A stretch of 64,000 bases of DNA from Bacillota bacterium (GTDB lineage Bacteria; Bacillota; Clostridia; Ch29): the NCBI GenBank assembly GCA_040766775.1, contig JAXGPT010000006.1:4709-68708 (forward strand), read 5' to 3'. Position numbers and translations under genes: made by a program. Under the pieces are notes generated by a model that was not told the origin of the DNA, did no database searches, and saw only the letters and a program-made list of their open reading frames with translations. Positions 10,041 through 20,049 of the stretch are shown here, in pieces; the stretch's first letter is position 1; each line of letters opens with the position of its first letter.

Positions 10041-10787
10041 TTACAGTCCCAGCATGGCGGCGAGTTTTTTTGACTTCTGCCGGCTTACCGGAATTTCATC
10101 GCCATTATTCATTATAAGCTTATAGGAGCTGTAGGTCCACGGTATTATTTCCTTGATATAGTCCAGATTTACAATAAAACTTTTGTGGCAGCGGAAGAAG
10201 GTCCCTTGGTCTATTCTTTCCTCCAGTTCATTAAGGGTGAAATTGGTTATGAAGTCCTCGGCCTTGGTTTTTGCGAGGATGTACCCCTGGTCGGCGAAAA
10301 AGTATAGAATCTCCCTTGGCTCCAACAGCTTTATCCTGCCGTTTCTTTCAACCGGAATGCGTTTTAAATCTTTGTCTTTTCCATGTACCTGAAGTATGGA
10401 TTCCAGCTTTTCCGCCAGCCTGGGCTGTATGAGGTCCTTAAGCCTTCGGGCTGTTTTTAACAGCCTTTCATCGCTTACCGGCTTGAGGAGGTAATCCACC
10501 GCTTCAACATCGAAGGCGTTCAGCGCGTACTCGTCATAGGCGGTCACAAAAACCACAAGGGGTTTTGGGTCTACCGACGCCAGCGATTTGGACACCTCCA
10601 GGCCGTTTAAACCCGGCATCTGAATATCGAGAAAAACCACCTGGGGGCGCAGCTCCTTAATCAGGAATATCGCCTGGCTGCCGCTTGAAGCCACCCCGAC
10701 AACCTGGAAACCCCACAGCCTGCTTATCATGTAGCTCAGCTCTTCCCTTGCCGGCGCTTCGTCGTCGGCAATTAGTACCCTTATCAT
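10041..10787 (-). CDS. LytTR-family response regulator (BtsR/LytT-like)
   Basis: MIRVLIADDE...FLDIQMPGLNGLEV...VFVTAYDEYALNAF receiver domain plus a C-terminal LytTR domain. GAGGTG RBS precedes the ATG at 10787. The upstream extension in the ORF track is unlikely to be real. Confidence 0.9.
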   Translation of the reverse strand: MIRVLIADDEAPAREELSYMISRLWGFQVVGVASSGSQAIFLIKELRPQVVFLDIQMPGLNGLEVSKSLASVDPKPLVVFVTAYDEYALNAFDVEAVDYLLKPVSDERLLKTARRLKDLIQPRLAEKLESILQVHGKDKDLKRIPVERNGRIKLLEPREILYFFADQGYILAKTKAEDFITNFTLNELEERIDQGTFFRCHKSFIVNLDYIKEIIPWTYSSYKLIMNNGDEIPVSRQKSKKLAAMLGL

Positions 10788-11045
10788 CTTCCACACCTCA
10801 CAGTATTCATAATGCTTAAATCCCACATCCAATATATCATCCCGCACCTTACAGGTGCCAGGCGCCAGTTGTATCTGTACATAAAATTATAGAGCCAATT
10901 GGCTTTTTGTTCAATGCTTACATTTGGTATTACTTTTGTACCGGTATTGTATTACAATATATAGTACAAACATAATATAGTACAAACATAAGTTTAACAA
11001 AGGACGTTACGTCCACAAATATTATTTCAATAATGGGAGGTAATA

Positions 11046-12245
11046 ATGATGCCAGGATTAGCCAAGCTTGCAAGTAAAATCAGTCCGTCAATGACCATTG
11101 CAATAACCGCCAAGGCTAAAAAAATGGTGGAGGACGGGATGGACATAGTAGGTTTCGGGGCCGGGGAACCGGACTTTGATACCCCTGGATACATAGCAGA
11201 TGCGGGAGTGCGGGCCATCCGCGAGGGAAAGACAAGGTACACCTCGGCTTATGGAATAGACGGTCTGAGGAAGGAAATATCAAAGAAGCTGAAAACTGAC
11301 AACGGGCTTGATTATAAATATGAACAGATAATCTTGTCCAGCGGTGCAAAACATTCACTGTCCACCGCCTTCCAGGCAATATGCGACCCGGGGGACGAGG
11401 TTATCATTCCCTCACCCTATTGGGTCAGCTACCCCGAGATGGTGACCATAGCGGGAGGGAAACCGGTAATAGTAAAAACCATGAAGGAAAACGGGTTTAA
11501 AATAACCGCCCATCAGCTAAAAGACAGCATTACTTCCAAGACAAAGGCCCTAATACTTAATTCTCCCGGCAATCCCACCGGCTCGGTGTATTCACGGAAA
11601 GAACTGGAGGAAATCGCGGCGGTGGCGGTGGAGAAGGACATATTCGTGGTTTCCGACGAGATTTACGAAAAGCTGGTGTATGACGGAGCGGAGCATATTA
11701 GCATCGCTTCACTGGGCAGAGAAATTAAAGCCCTTACCATACTGGTAAACGGTATGTCCAAAGCCTACGCAATGACGGGCTGGAGGCTGGGCTACGCAGC
11801 GGCGGAGCTTAACGTAATAAAAGCCATGGGATCGATACAGGGGCACGCCATTTCCCATCCCAGTTCTATAGCCCAGTATGCGGGAGAAGCGGCTCTTAAG
11901 GGAGACCAGTCCATAATCGCGGACATGGCACGGGAGTACGATAGGCGGAGGAAATACGCCCTGCAAAGGCTGGATGACATTGACGGCCTTGAATACGTGA
12001 AGCCGGAGGGCGCTTTCTATGTTTATATAAGCCTTGAGAAGCTGCTGGGCAAGGCATACAAGGGCAAAACGATAGATTCATCCCTTGTATTCGCGGAGCT
12101 GCTGCTGGAAAATGCAGGGGTTGCCGTGATACCCGGGGCGGCCTTTGGGGATGACACATACATCAGGATATCCTACGCAACTTCCATGGAACAAATAGAA
12201 AAGGGCCTTGACAGGATAAAGGAGTTTGTTTCACAGGTGGAGTAA
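11046..12245 (+). CDS. Class I PLP-dependent aminotransferase (aspartate aminotransferase-like)
   Basis: GFGAGEPDFDTPGYI, SSGAKHSL, NSPGNPTGSVY, and NGMSKAYAMTGWRLGY (the PLP-binding lysine motif). Confidence 0.9.
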   Translation: MMPGLAKLASKISPSMTIAITAKAKKMVEDGMDIVGFGAGEPDFDTPGYIADAGVRAIREGKTRYTSAYGIDGLRKEISKKLKTDNGLDYKYEQIILSSGAKHSLSTAFQAICDPGDEVIIPSPYWVSYPEMVTIAGGKPVIVKTMKENGFKITAHQLKDSITSKTKALILNSPGNPTGSVYSRKELEEIAAVAVEKDIFVVSDEIYEKLVYDGAEHISIASLGREIKALTILVNGMSKAYAMTGWRLGYAAAELNVIKAMGSIQGHAISHPSSIAQYAGEAALKGDQSIIADMAREYDRRRKYALQRLDDIDGLEYVKPEGAFYVYISLEKLLGKAYKGKTIDSSLVFAELLLENAGVAVIPGAAFGDDTYIRISYATSMEQIEKGLDRIKEFVSQVE

Positions 12246-12377
12246 AGCGTTATAAACATGAAGGCTTGCGGGTCAGCCTACAGAAAATGACGCGAAGTAC
12301 CGTAAAGTACCAACAGGATTTTTTGCATTTTCGAAGAATAATACTTGCATGAAACTAAATATGAATGGAGGGTCTTG

Positions 12378-13370
12378 ATGAATAGGAAACTGTTGTTTGT
12401 ATTTATGTCGTGTTTGCTGATAGTTGCATTGGTAGGATGCAGCGCTCCTGCCACGGAAGCTCCGGCGGAGGAAGGCGGCGAAGAGGAAAAACCTGCCGAG
12501 CAGGTGTTTATCAACATTGCCAGCGGCGGAACCGCGGGTACCTACTTCCCGTTGGCCGGCGGTATGGCGGATATCTGGAATAAGAATATTCCTGGGGTAA
12601 ACGCTACTGCCCAGAGTACCGGTGCATCGGTGGCAAACATCAACCTGCTCCGCGACGGCGAAGCCGAAGTAATTATGGTACAGAACGACATAGCCTATTA
12701 TGCGGCAAACGGTACCGAGATGTTTGAAGGGGATGCCTATCCCGAGCTTAGGGGACTTTGCATCCTGTATCCGGAAACTATCCAGATTGTTACCATTGAA
12801 GGTACGGGCATAAATACGGTTGCAGACCTAAAGGGCAAGAGGGTAGCTGTTGGCGCAGCCGGCAGTGGTACCGAGGCAAACGCACGCCAGATACTGGAAG
12901 CAGCCGGGATCACCTATAACGACATCACCGTTCAGTACCTGTCCTTCGCTGAAGCTGCTAACAACCTGAAGGACGGTAACGTTGATGCGGCATTCGTAAC
13001 AGCAGGACATCCGACCGCAGCTATACAGGATATCGGCGCACAGCATGATGTCAAGCTTGTTGTTGTTGAAGACGATATGGCCGATGCTCTTATCGCGAAA
13101 TATCCCTTCTATACGAAGATTGTCGTTCCCGGCGGTACCTACACCGGGATTGACGAGGATATAAAAACAGTTGCGGTCCAGGCTATGCTGGCAATTGACG
13201 CCGAAATGGACGAAGACCTTGCTTATAACATGCTCAAGACCATGTACGATAACCATGACAGAATGGTAGCGGCCCATACAACTGCAGGAGCCAAGATTAA
13301 GCCGGAAACCGGTCTTGATGGAATGGGCATCGAACTGCATCCGGGCGCTGCAAGATACTTCAATAAGTAA
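12378..13370 (+). CDS. TAXI-family TRAP transporter solute receptor (lipoprotein)
   Basis: Lipobox LIVALVGC. ASGGTAGTYFPLAGGMADIWNKNIPGVNATAQSTGASVANINLL is the TAXI signature. GGAGG RBS precedes the ATG at 12378. Confidence 0.9.
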   Translation: MNRKLLFVFMSCLLIVALVGCSAPATEAPAEEGGEEEKPAEQVFINIASGGTAGTYFPLAGGMADIWNKNIPGVNATAQSTGASVANINLLRDGEAEVIMVQNDIAYYAANGTEMFEGDAYPELRGLCILYPETIQIVTIEGTGINTVADLKGKRVAVGAAGSGTEANARQILEAAGITYNDITVQYLSFAEAANNLKDGNVDAAFVTAGHPTAAIQDIGAQHDVKLVVVEDDMADALIAKYPFYTKIVVPGGTYTGIDEDIKTVAVQAMLAIDAEMDEDLAYNMLKTMYDNHDRMVAAHTTAGAKIKPETGLDGMGIELHPGAARYFNK

Positions 13371-13390
13371 GAAGTACGCGGACACTTGTT

Positions 13391-13441
13391 GAGAGGTAAG
13401 CAGAAGGATGTGGGAGACAAGAATCCCACATCCGGCCTCTC
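13391..13441 (+). promoter_or_regulatory. Intercistronic stem-loop between receptor and permease genes (attenuator or mRNA stabiliser candidate)
   Basis: GGATGTGGGA / TCCCACATCC 10-bp stem nested inside GAGAGG / CCTCTC. Confidence 0.5.
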
Positions 13442-13500
13442 ATTTCTCACGTCTCAGAAGAGGGGGTCTGGGCATTGGAGAAATCCAATGCTCTGATTTT

Positions 13501-14007
13501 ATGATACAGCGCTTGAAGCATACGGGCACAGTATTAATAGTCCTAATGGTCATTATACTGATCGGCTGCGGTATCGGGAAGGAAAAGGTCCTGGTACTTC
13601 AAGACGGACATGGGGGAGCGGAGTATAGGATTGCAGTTCCGGACAGGGTGTTTACGCTTTCGTTTATTCACTCCGTGCATCATACTCCGGTTCATGAGGT
13701 TTATGAAATTGACGGTGACAACAATTTGGTCCTTAAGGAGTTAAGGTACAGTTCGCTGGGTGTTGGGATGCCCTATGACTATGAAGACGGGACGCTGGAG
13801 ATTATTGACGGTGAATTTACCCTGAAATTTGACAGGGAGTTTCAAAGCATCAATATGATAGTATCACCCATACCGGAGCATACCATTTCCGTGGACGGTA
13901 AGACCTACCCCTTGCTAGAATTCGCAAAGCCCGAAGGTCCTCTGGAGATAAAAGCAGTCGACAAATGGTCGCTAAAGTGGTTGAGACTTGGCAGGAAAGG
14001 GGCGTAA
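13501..14007 (+). CDS. DUF1850-like small membrane-anchored protein of TAXI-TRAP loci
   Basis: Its position between the TAXI receptor and the fused permease is the conserved context for DUF1850. N-terminal TM segment GTVLIVLMVIILIGCG. Confidence 0.65.
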   Translation: MIQRLKHTGTVLIVLMVIILIGCGIGKEKVLVLQDGHGGAEYRIAVPDRVFTLSFIHSVHHTPVHEVYEIDGDNNLVLKELRYSSLGVGMPYDYEDGTLEIIDGEFTLKFDREFQSINMIVSPIPEHTISVDGKTYPLLEFAKPEGPLEIKAVDKWSLKWLRLGRKGA

Positions 14008-14008
14008 A

Positions 14009-15962
14009 TATGGAAAACAGAGAAAACCCGGAAGTTGTAACAAACAATGAAGATATACTAAGGAAGTTTGACAAGGAATCCGATTTCCGTGTCATGACAG
14101 GCCTCGGAGCAAAGCTTATTGCGGCAATTGCGATAACTTTTTCGCTTTTCCAGCTTTACACGGCGATTTTTGGTGTGCTGGACGCGATGATTCAAAGGTC
14201 AATACACCTATCCTTTGGTTTCTGTTTAATTTTCTTACTGTATCCTACAAGGAAAACATGGCCGAGACACAAGTTCCATCCTGTTGACGTAGCCCTGGCG
14301 GCGATTGCCGCTTCGGTTCCGATGTATATAGTGGTGAACTACCAGGAACTGGTTCTTAGGGCCGGAAGGGTTACAACCCTGGACTTCATCGTAGGAATAA
14401 TTGCTATAGTGCTTATACTGGAAATAACCCGCAGGGTAGTAGGCTGGCCAATGGTTATAATCGCCATCATATTCCTAATATACGCATTGGTTGGGCGTCA
14501 TATACCGGGGCAGCTTGCCCACAGGGGAGTGAGATTGACCAGCATGGTACAGCACCAGTTTTATACTACTGAAGGTATTTTCGGTATACCCATTGGGGTG
14601 TCATCTACCTTCATATTCCTGTTTATTCTGTTTAGTGCTTACCTGGAAAAAACCGGCATGGGAGAATTCTTTATAGACCTGGCAAACGCAGTGGCCGGCT
14701 GGGCTTCCGGTGGACCCGCAAAGGTCGCGGTAATTTCCAGCGGTTGCATGGGAATGATCTCGGGAAGTTCAGTAGCCAACGTGGTAGGTACCGGAAGCTT
14801 TACGATACCCATGATGAAAAGGCTGGGCTATAAAGGGGAGTTCGCCGGAGCGGTGGAAGCCACCGCATCCACCGGGGGACAGCTTATGCCGCCCATAATG
14901 GGGGCCGCGGCATTTTTGATGTCCGAATTTACCGGGTTCCCCTATGTAAGGATTATAGGTGCGGCAGCAATCCCGGCGCTGCTTTATTACCTGGGAGTTT
15001 GGTCGGGAGTTCACTTTGAGGCAAAGCGCCTGAAACTAAGGGGTCTTAACCGGGATGAACTGCCCAAGTTCAAAGACATACTGCTGTCCAGGGGACATCT
15101 GCTTATACCGCTGCTGGCCATAATATACCTCCTGGTTTCGGGCAAGACTCCCATGAAGGCTGCGCTTTATGCAATAATATTGTCAATCGCATGTTCGATG
15201 CTTAAGAAGAACACGCGAATAAGCTTTAAAGATATATTAGGGGGCCTGGAGCAGGGTGCAAGGTCTGCCCTGGGCGTGATTGCCGCCACTGCCTGTGCCG
15301 GTATAATAATTGGTGTTGTTACCCAGACCGGCCTGGGGCTTAAGATGGGGTCAACGCTGGTGGACCTGGCCGGAGGGAACCTTTTCCTTACACTGTTTTT
15401 CACGATGCTGACGTCCTTAATTCTCGGGATGGGCGTGCCTACAACGGCTAACTACGTAATTACATCAACCATAGCGGCACCGGCGCTGCTTCTGATGGAT
15501 ATTCCCGTGCTGGCGGCTCACCTGTTCGCGTTCTATTTCGGTATCATTGCGGATGTAACTCCGCCGGTTGCGCTGGCAGCCTTTGCAGGTTCGGGCATAG
15601 CCAAATCCAACCCCCTGAAGACGGGTATAAATGCTTTCAAACTGGCTATAGCGGCGTTCCTTGTGCCCTATGTGTTCGTATACAACCCTGAGCTGTTGAT
15701 GATAGATGTAAACGTAGGCAGCATGATTCTTATAGTGGTAACGGCTGTTATCGGTATTGTTGGTGTGGCTTCTGCGGTTTCGGCGTTTTTCATAACCAAC
15801 CAGTCCTTCCTTGAGCGTATTATATTCTTTGTAGGAGGACTATTGATGGTTATACCGGGGGTCTATACCGACTTTATTGGAATAGCAATTCTCGCGATAG
15901 GATATCTTATCCAGAGGAAAAAGGTAACAAACCAAAGACTTGATGCAAGTACCGGGGCATAA
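14009..15962 (+). CDS. TRAP transporter fused 4TM/12TM permease
   Basis: About 650-aa polytopic protein, intact and immediately downstream of the TAXI receptor. A typical string is GGPAKVAVISSGCMGMISGSSVANVVGTGSFTIPMMK. Confidence 0.9.
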
Positions 15963-16002
15963 AACGGCATTTTACATCGAAGACCTGCCCTTACAGGTAG
16001 GG

Positions 16003-16035
16003 CTGCAATATAAAGAAACCGGCATGGGGCAATGC
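16003..16035. terminator. Bidirectional terminator between convergent genes
   Basis: AGAAACCGGCAT / ATGCCGGTTTCT stem flanked by A/T runs on both sides. Confidence 0.7.
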
Positions 16036-16046
16036 CGGTTTCTTTA

Positions 16047-16943
16047 CTACTGTCGGAGCAGTTGGAGGACTATTCCCTCCAGGAATTTTTTTACGTTTAT
16101 CTTGCCGTGGTAGCACGACCTTTCCCTCAAAAGGTCCATCTCCTGTTTTACCTCTTTGAAGTCAAAAAGGGAAGTGGAATAACGGGTGAATTTCTGGTCG
16201 TTGGGGTTTTCTATGCCCATGGTGGCTATGTTCTGCAGGGCCTTGGACACCGCCCTTCTTATCCTCTGCTCTATTGCCTTGACACCGGCGGAGGACTGCT
16301 CGGTCTGGCCTTCGCTGTGATAGTGCTTGCTTAACAGTTCATACATGTTGCTTAGCTTATAGTTGAAATATCTTCCCGACGTGGCTTTTTTCTGCAGTAT
16401 TATTTCGACTATTTTCCTTATGTCAATACTGCCTGCTTCACCGGTAATGCCCAGGTCGGACAGGATTGTATCAATAGAATCCTCGGCCGGCCCGAATTTG
16501 GCAGGTTTTGCATCACTGTCCCGGGGGCTCAGTTCCTCTACTGTCCGGTGGATGATGGTAAGGGATTTTTTCAGGTTTATCATTTCGCGAACCCTGTCTA
16601 TCACAGACAGAACCTCAATCACGTTTATGGGCTTTTTGATGTAGAATTCAATGCCGCTTTCGTAGGCCATGGATACCATTTCCTTGGCATCAACCTGGGA
16701 TATCATTATAAAGCAGCTGGTACAGCCCTCCTGTTTCAGGCTTCTGATTGTTTCAATCCCGTCACTGCCCGGTATCAGAAGGTCCATAAGTACAATATCG
16801 GGGTTAAGTTCCATTATGCTGCGATACGCCGTTGGCCCGTCCTCGGCTTCGCCTATTATCCTCCCCAATCCCTTGGAGATAATAATATTTGCCAGCACCT
16901 TTCTGACGCCAATATCATCGTCCACTATGTAGAAACTAAGCAT
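16047..16943 (-). CDS. Response regulator, receiver + YcbB/GlnL-type output domain
   Basis: FYIVDDD...VLMDLLIPGSDG receiver domain. The C-terminal half resembles the Bacillus GlnL (YcbB) DNA-binding domain. Translationally coupled to the upstream kinase. Confidence 0.65.
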   Translation of the reverse strand: MLSFYIVDDDIGVRKVLANIIISKGLGRIIGEAEDGPTAYRSIMELNPDIVLMDLLIPGSDGIETIRSLKQEGCTSCFIMISQVDAKEMVSMAYESGIEFYIKKPINVIEVLSVIDRVREMINLKKSLTIIHRTVEELSPRDSDAKPAKFGPAEDSIDTILSDLGITGEAGSIDIRKIVEIILQKKATSGRYFNYKLSNMYELLSKHYHSEGQTEQSSAGVKAIEQRIRRAVSKALQNIATMGIENPNDQKFTRYSTSLFDFKEVKQEMDLLRERSCYHGKINVKKFLEGIVLQLLRQ

Positions 16944-16948
16944 TCCCT

Positions 16949-18265
16949 TCACTCTCCTTCACCGGTTAATTGGGCAAGCGGTATTTCTATGATAAAAGTG
17001 GTGCCGCTGCCGGGAATGGACTTAACCGAAATGGTGCCCGATAGGTGTTCCACCAGGGACTTCACATGGGTGAGCCCAAGGCCGGTGGACATTGTACCTG
17101 TTTTCGGGTCGTACTTGGTTGAGTAACCCGGCTGGAATATAACCTTAAGCTGGTCTTCCGGGATACCGGTCCCATTGTCTGCCACTTTGATTACCAGGCT
17201 GCCGTCCCGCGTGTATTCCACAACTGTAATCTCACCGTTTTCATCGGTGGCGTCTATGGCATTAAATATAAGGTTGTTGAGAATGGATACCAGTGAATAA
17301 TACTGTTTTATTATCAGCTTGTCGCGGGACTGGAACCTAAGCACGGTTTTCTTTCCTATGCTTTCTATATACCGGCTGCTGTTATCTTTTATTATTTCAA
17401 GGATTTCGCCAAGGGTCATCTTTTCGCTTTCAACCGGGTTGGGCAGCAGTTTTTCTATACCGGTAATGACCCTTTGGTAGTCCTTTTTTATTTCATGGAT
17501 ATCCTTTGCCAACGCCAGGGCCTTCTCTTTATAGGGCTTAAGGTCGTTGTCACTTTTACCGTTTTGCATCTCGCTTATCTGTACATACATTGAATAGCTG
17601 CTGTTCATTACTTTCTCAATATCCTGCATGGACTTTCTGAGATAGAACAATTCGGATTTCAAGTTGGATATAAAAAGAAGCAGCTCTATATACCGATTGT
17701 AATGGGCCTTTTTCAGTATCAGTACATTGTACAGCTTTATTGACCAGTATGTCAGTACCGCTATGAAACTGCGAAGGAATGCTACCAATAGAAGGCTTGA
17801 CATTACTATGGAAAAGTCCTGCATTACCTGGTTGCGGATTACAAGTTCTATTATGTTTGCCATGGTGTCAATGGAGGTTAACAGTATAATCGCAAGCAGG
17901 GGTTTTTCCACGTGTTTTCGTATATCCAACAGGTAAAAAATAAGACCGCTTACGAAATAGAACATACCTCCCGGATAATGCTTAACTATTATATTCGCAA
18001 CCGGCATGGTGTGGTTCAGGTATTCGAGCATGAACCTGCCGGAAAACACCGAAACCGCGACCACAAAAGCCGCAGTAATAACCGGAAGGCGGGAGAAATA
18101 CAAAAGTACAAAGGTAAATACAATCGGGCTTAGGGAAAACCGAAAATCCGAGCCGAAAGGATAGATGTATACCTGGCCGGTGATAAAAACCAGCAGGCCT
18201 GAAATAAGCAGCCTCTTTATGGTGTCGGTATTATTCACGATACCCTTTCCTTTCCGAATTTTCAA
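16949..18265 (-). CDS. Membrane sensor histidine kinase, GlnK(YcbA)-like
   Basis: About 5 N-terminal TM helices, H-box AKDIHEIKKDYQ, N-box NNLIFNAIDA, and G-boxes DNGTGI and GLGLTHVK. Confidence 0.65.
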   Translation of the reverse strand: MKIRKGKGIVNNTDTIKRLLISGLLVFITGQVYIYPFGSDFRFSLSPIVFTFVLLYFSRLPVITAAFVVAVSVFSGRFMLEYLNHTMPVANIIVKHYPGGMFYFVSGLIFYLLDIRKHVEKPLLAIILLTSIDTMANIIELVIRNQVMQDFSIVMSSLLLVAFLRSFIAVLTYWSIKLYNVLILKKAHYNRYIELLLFISNLKSELFYLRKSMQDIEKVMNSSYSMYVQISEMQNGKSDNDLKPYKEKALALAKDIHEIKKDYQRVITGIEKLLPNPVESEKMTLGEILEIIKDNSSRYIESIGKKTVLRFQSRDKLIIKQYYSLVSILNNLIFNAIDATDENGEITVVEYTRDGSLVIKVADNGTGIPEDQLKVIFQPGYSTKYDPKTGTMSTGLGLTHVKSLVEHLSGTISVKSIPGSGTTFIIEIPLAQLTGEGE

Positions 18266-18321
18266 GATTGATATTCACCATCGGCCTTTCCACCCTTTAG
18301 ACAAGGCGGGAAACAGGGGTT

Positions 18322-18744
18322 TTACTTGGGCAGCGGTTTACCCCCCAGCTTGAGGTCCGTTTTGTTTATCTCAACGGATTGCATTGTATTGTTTCCCATC
18401 AGGCATTTCCCAGTAAAGACCGCCCCTTCATCCACCACCAGGTTGCCCACCTCGATGTCACCGCCTATATATGCTGTAGGTGTAAGATGAAGCTGACCCT
18501 TTACCTTTACGTTGCCTTCCACCCGTCCTGCAATATGGGCATTGGTGCCAACCATGTTGCCTAAAACCTTTCCGGTTTCCCCCAATACTATATCGCCCTT
18601 AATGTTCATTTCCCCCTCAAAGGTCCCCTCTATACGTACAGTACCTTCGGCCTCCAGATTGCCGTTGAAGGATGTTGACTTGCCTATAAGGGTGTCCACC
18701 TTGTCATACTTAGGAGTGGTATCTTCTCTTTTTCCGCTAAACAT
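18322..18744 (-). CDS. Bactofilin (polymer-forming cytoskeletal protein)
   Basis: Repetitive beta-helix pattern: GTVRIEGTFEGEMNIKGDIVLGETGKVLGNMVGTNAHIAGRVEGNVKVKGQLHL. Confidence 0.9.
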   Translation of the reverse strand: MFSGKREDTTPKYDKVDTLIGKSTSFNGNLEAEGTVRIEGTFEGEMNIKGDIVLGETGKVLGNMVGTNAHIAGRVEGNVKVKGQLHLTPTAYIGGDIEVGNLVVDEGAVFTGKCLMGNNTMQSVEINKTDLKLGGKPLPK

Positions 18745-18769
18745 AGTCTACCTCCCTGTAATATATGTT

Positions 18770-19120
18770 TTATTCGTCTATTCCCACCAGTTCTTTAACC
18801 TTTGCTTCAATATCCTCAAGGGATTTTAGCTTTTCCCTGACTTCTGCGGTGATGGCATTCAGGGTTGTTATTTCCCGCTGCTGGGTTTTATTTACCTCTT
18901 CCAGCTCCTGTATTTCTTCAAGTTTTTTCTGGTATGTAAAGCTTAAACTGCCTGTCCTGTATGTCATAAGACCTACAAATACCAGGTATGCCGCCAGAAG
19001 GCCAAAAATGGTCTTAATAAGGGCCTTCGGAAGCCTTAGCGACCGCGTGTTTTCTGTGGTACCCCTTATTATTCTGAAGGTGATATACCCTGTGTTTTTT
19101 TTGCGTACCGCCTTTTTCAA
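18770..19120 (-). CDS. Membrane-anchored coiled-coil protein (M23-peptidase N-terminal-like, no peptidase domain)
   Basis: One TM segment (IFGLLAAYLVFVGLM) followed by a heptad-rich tail. The start is placed at a TTG with a GGAGGG RBS; the start in the ORF track is further upstream. Confidence 0.45.
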   Translation of the reverse strand: MKKAVRKKNTGYITFRIIRGTTENTRSLRLPKALIKTIFGLLAAYLVFVGLMTYRTGSLSFTYQKKLEEIQELEEVNKTQQREITTLNAITAEVREKLKSLEDIEAKVKELVGIDE

Positions 19121-19311
19121 GCCGTATCCCTCCAAAGCGTTCGTTAATATTATTTCTACATGAAATAGCAGAATCCTTTTAACCGGGGCTTTTTGTTTGC
19201 ACTGCCCGACTTTCGAAGTGAAGCGCAGTGGTGCGGTTTTTTTAACCAACGGAAACTGTTATAATCAAATAAAGTGAGGTTTTCTAACCGGTCCGTGAGG
19301 AGGGAAAAGGT

Positions 19312-19857
19312 ATGGTGGTATTTATAGCTATAGAGCTAGAGCAGGAGGTAAAGGAGAAAATACATGAGTATGTGCGGGAGGTAGTAAAACCGGCGTGCAG
19401 CGGGGGAAGGTGGGTGGACAAATATAATTACCACCTGACGTTGAAATATATAGGCGAGGCAGATGAGACGGACATTGACGAACTGCACTGCCTGCTACGG
19501 GATGCCGCTAATAGCTGCAGCGGGTTCCGGCTGACAACCGGCCCGGTGGGAGTGTTTGGGGATTTGGGGGATGGAAGGGCAAGGGTTTTGTGGCTTGATA
19601 CCGCGGGGGATATAAAAGCCCTTTCATACTTAAGACGATACATAGAAAACCGGGCAGTAGCCGCCGGGTTTAAAGCCGAAAAACGGTTTTCGCCTCATAT
19701 TACCCTTGCCAGGGACGTGGTGCTGCCGGGGAAGCCGGGGGACATGGAGAGAATGAAACCTGAAGTTATAAACGTTACGTCGGTTAGCCTTATGGAAAGC
19801 AGGCAGGAGAAAGGAAGGAGGATTTACCTGCCCATTGCGGTTTATAAGCTTGGCTGA
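19312..19857 (+). CDS. thpR: RNA 2',3'-cyclic phosphodiesterase (2H family)
   Basis: Two HxTx motifs, HLTLKY and HITLAR, at the expected spacing. Confidence 0.85.
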   Translation: MVVFIAIELEQEVKEKIHEYVREVVKPACSGGRWVDKYNYHLTLKYIGEADETDIDELHCLLRDAANSCSGFRLTTGPVGVFGDLGDGRARVLWLDTAGDIKALSYLRRYIENRAVAAGFKAEKRFSPHITLARDVVLPGKPGDMERMKPEVINVTSVSLMESRQEKGRRIYLPIAVYKLG

Positions 19858-20049
19858 ACCGGCCGGCATGCAAACCCGGTGCCGGATAAAAGAAGGAGAA
19901 TGACAAAATTAGGCGAAATAATAAATTATTGTTTCATAGTCGGTAATTGGTAGGTACCAGGTTGATGCTTACGGGTCACGGGCGCCAAAGACAGGGTAAA
20001 GCCTATGGGCTGCCGGCTACCGGTCTGTTGATTAGGGGGAGGGAAAACA

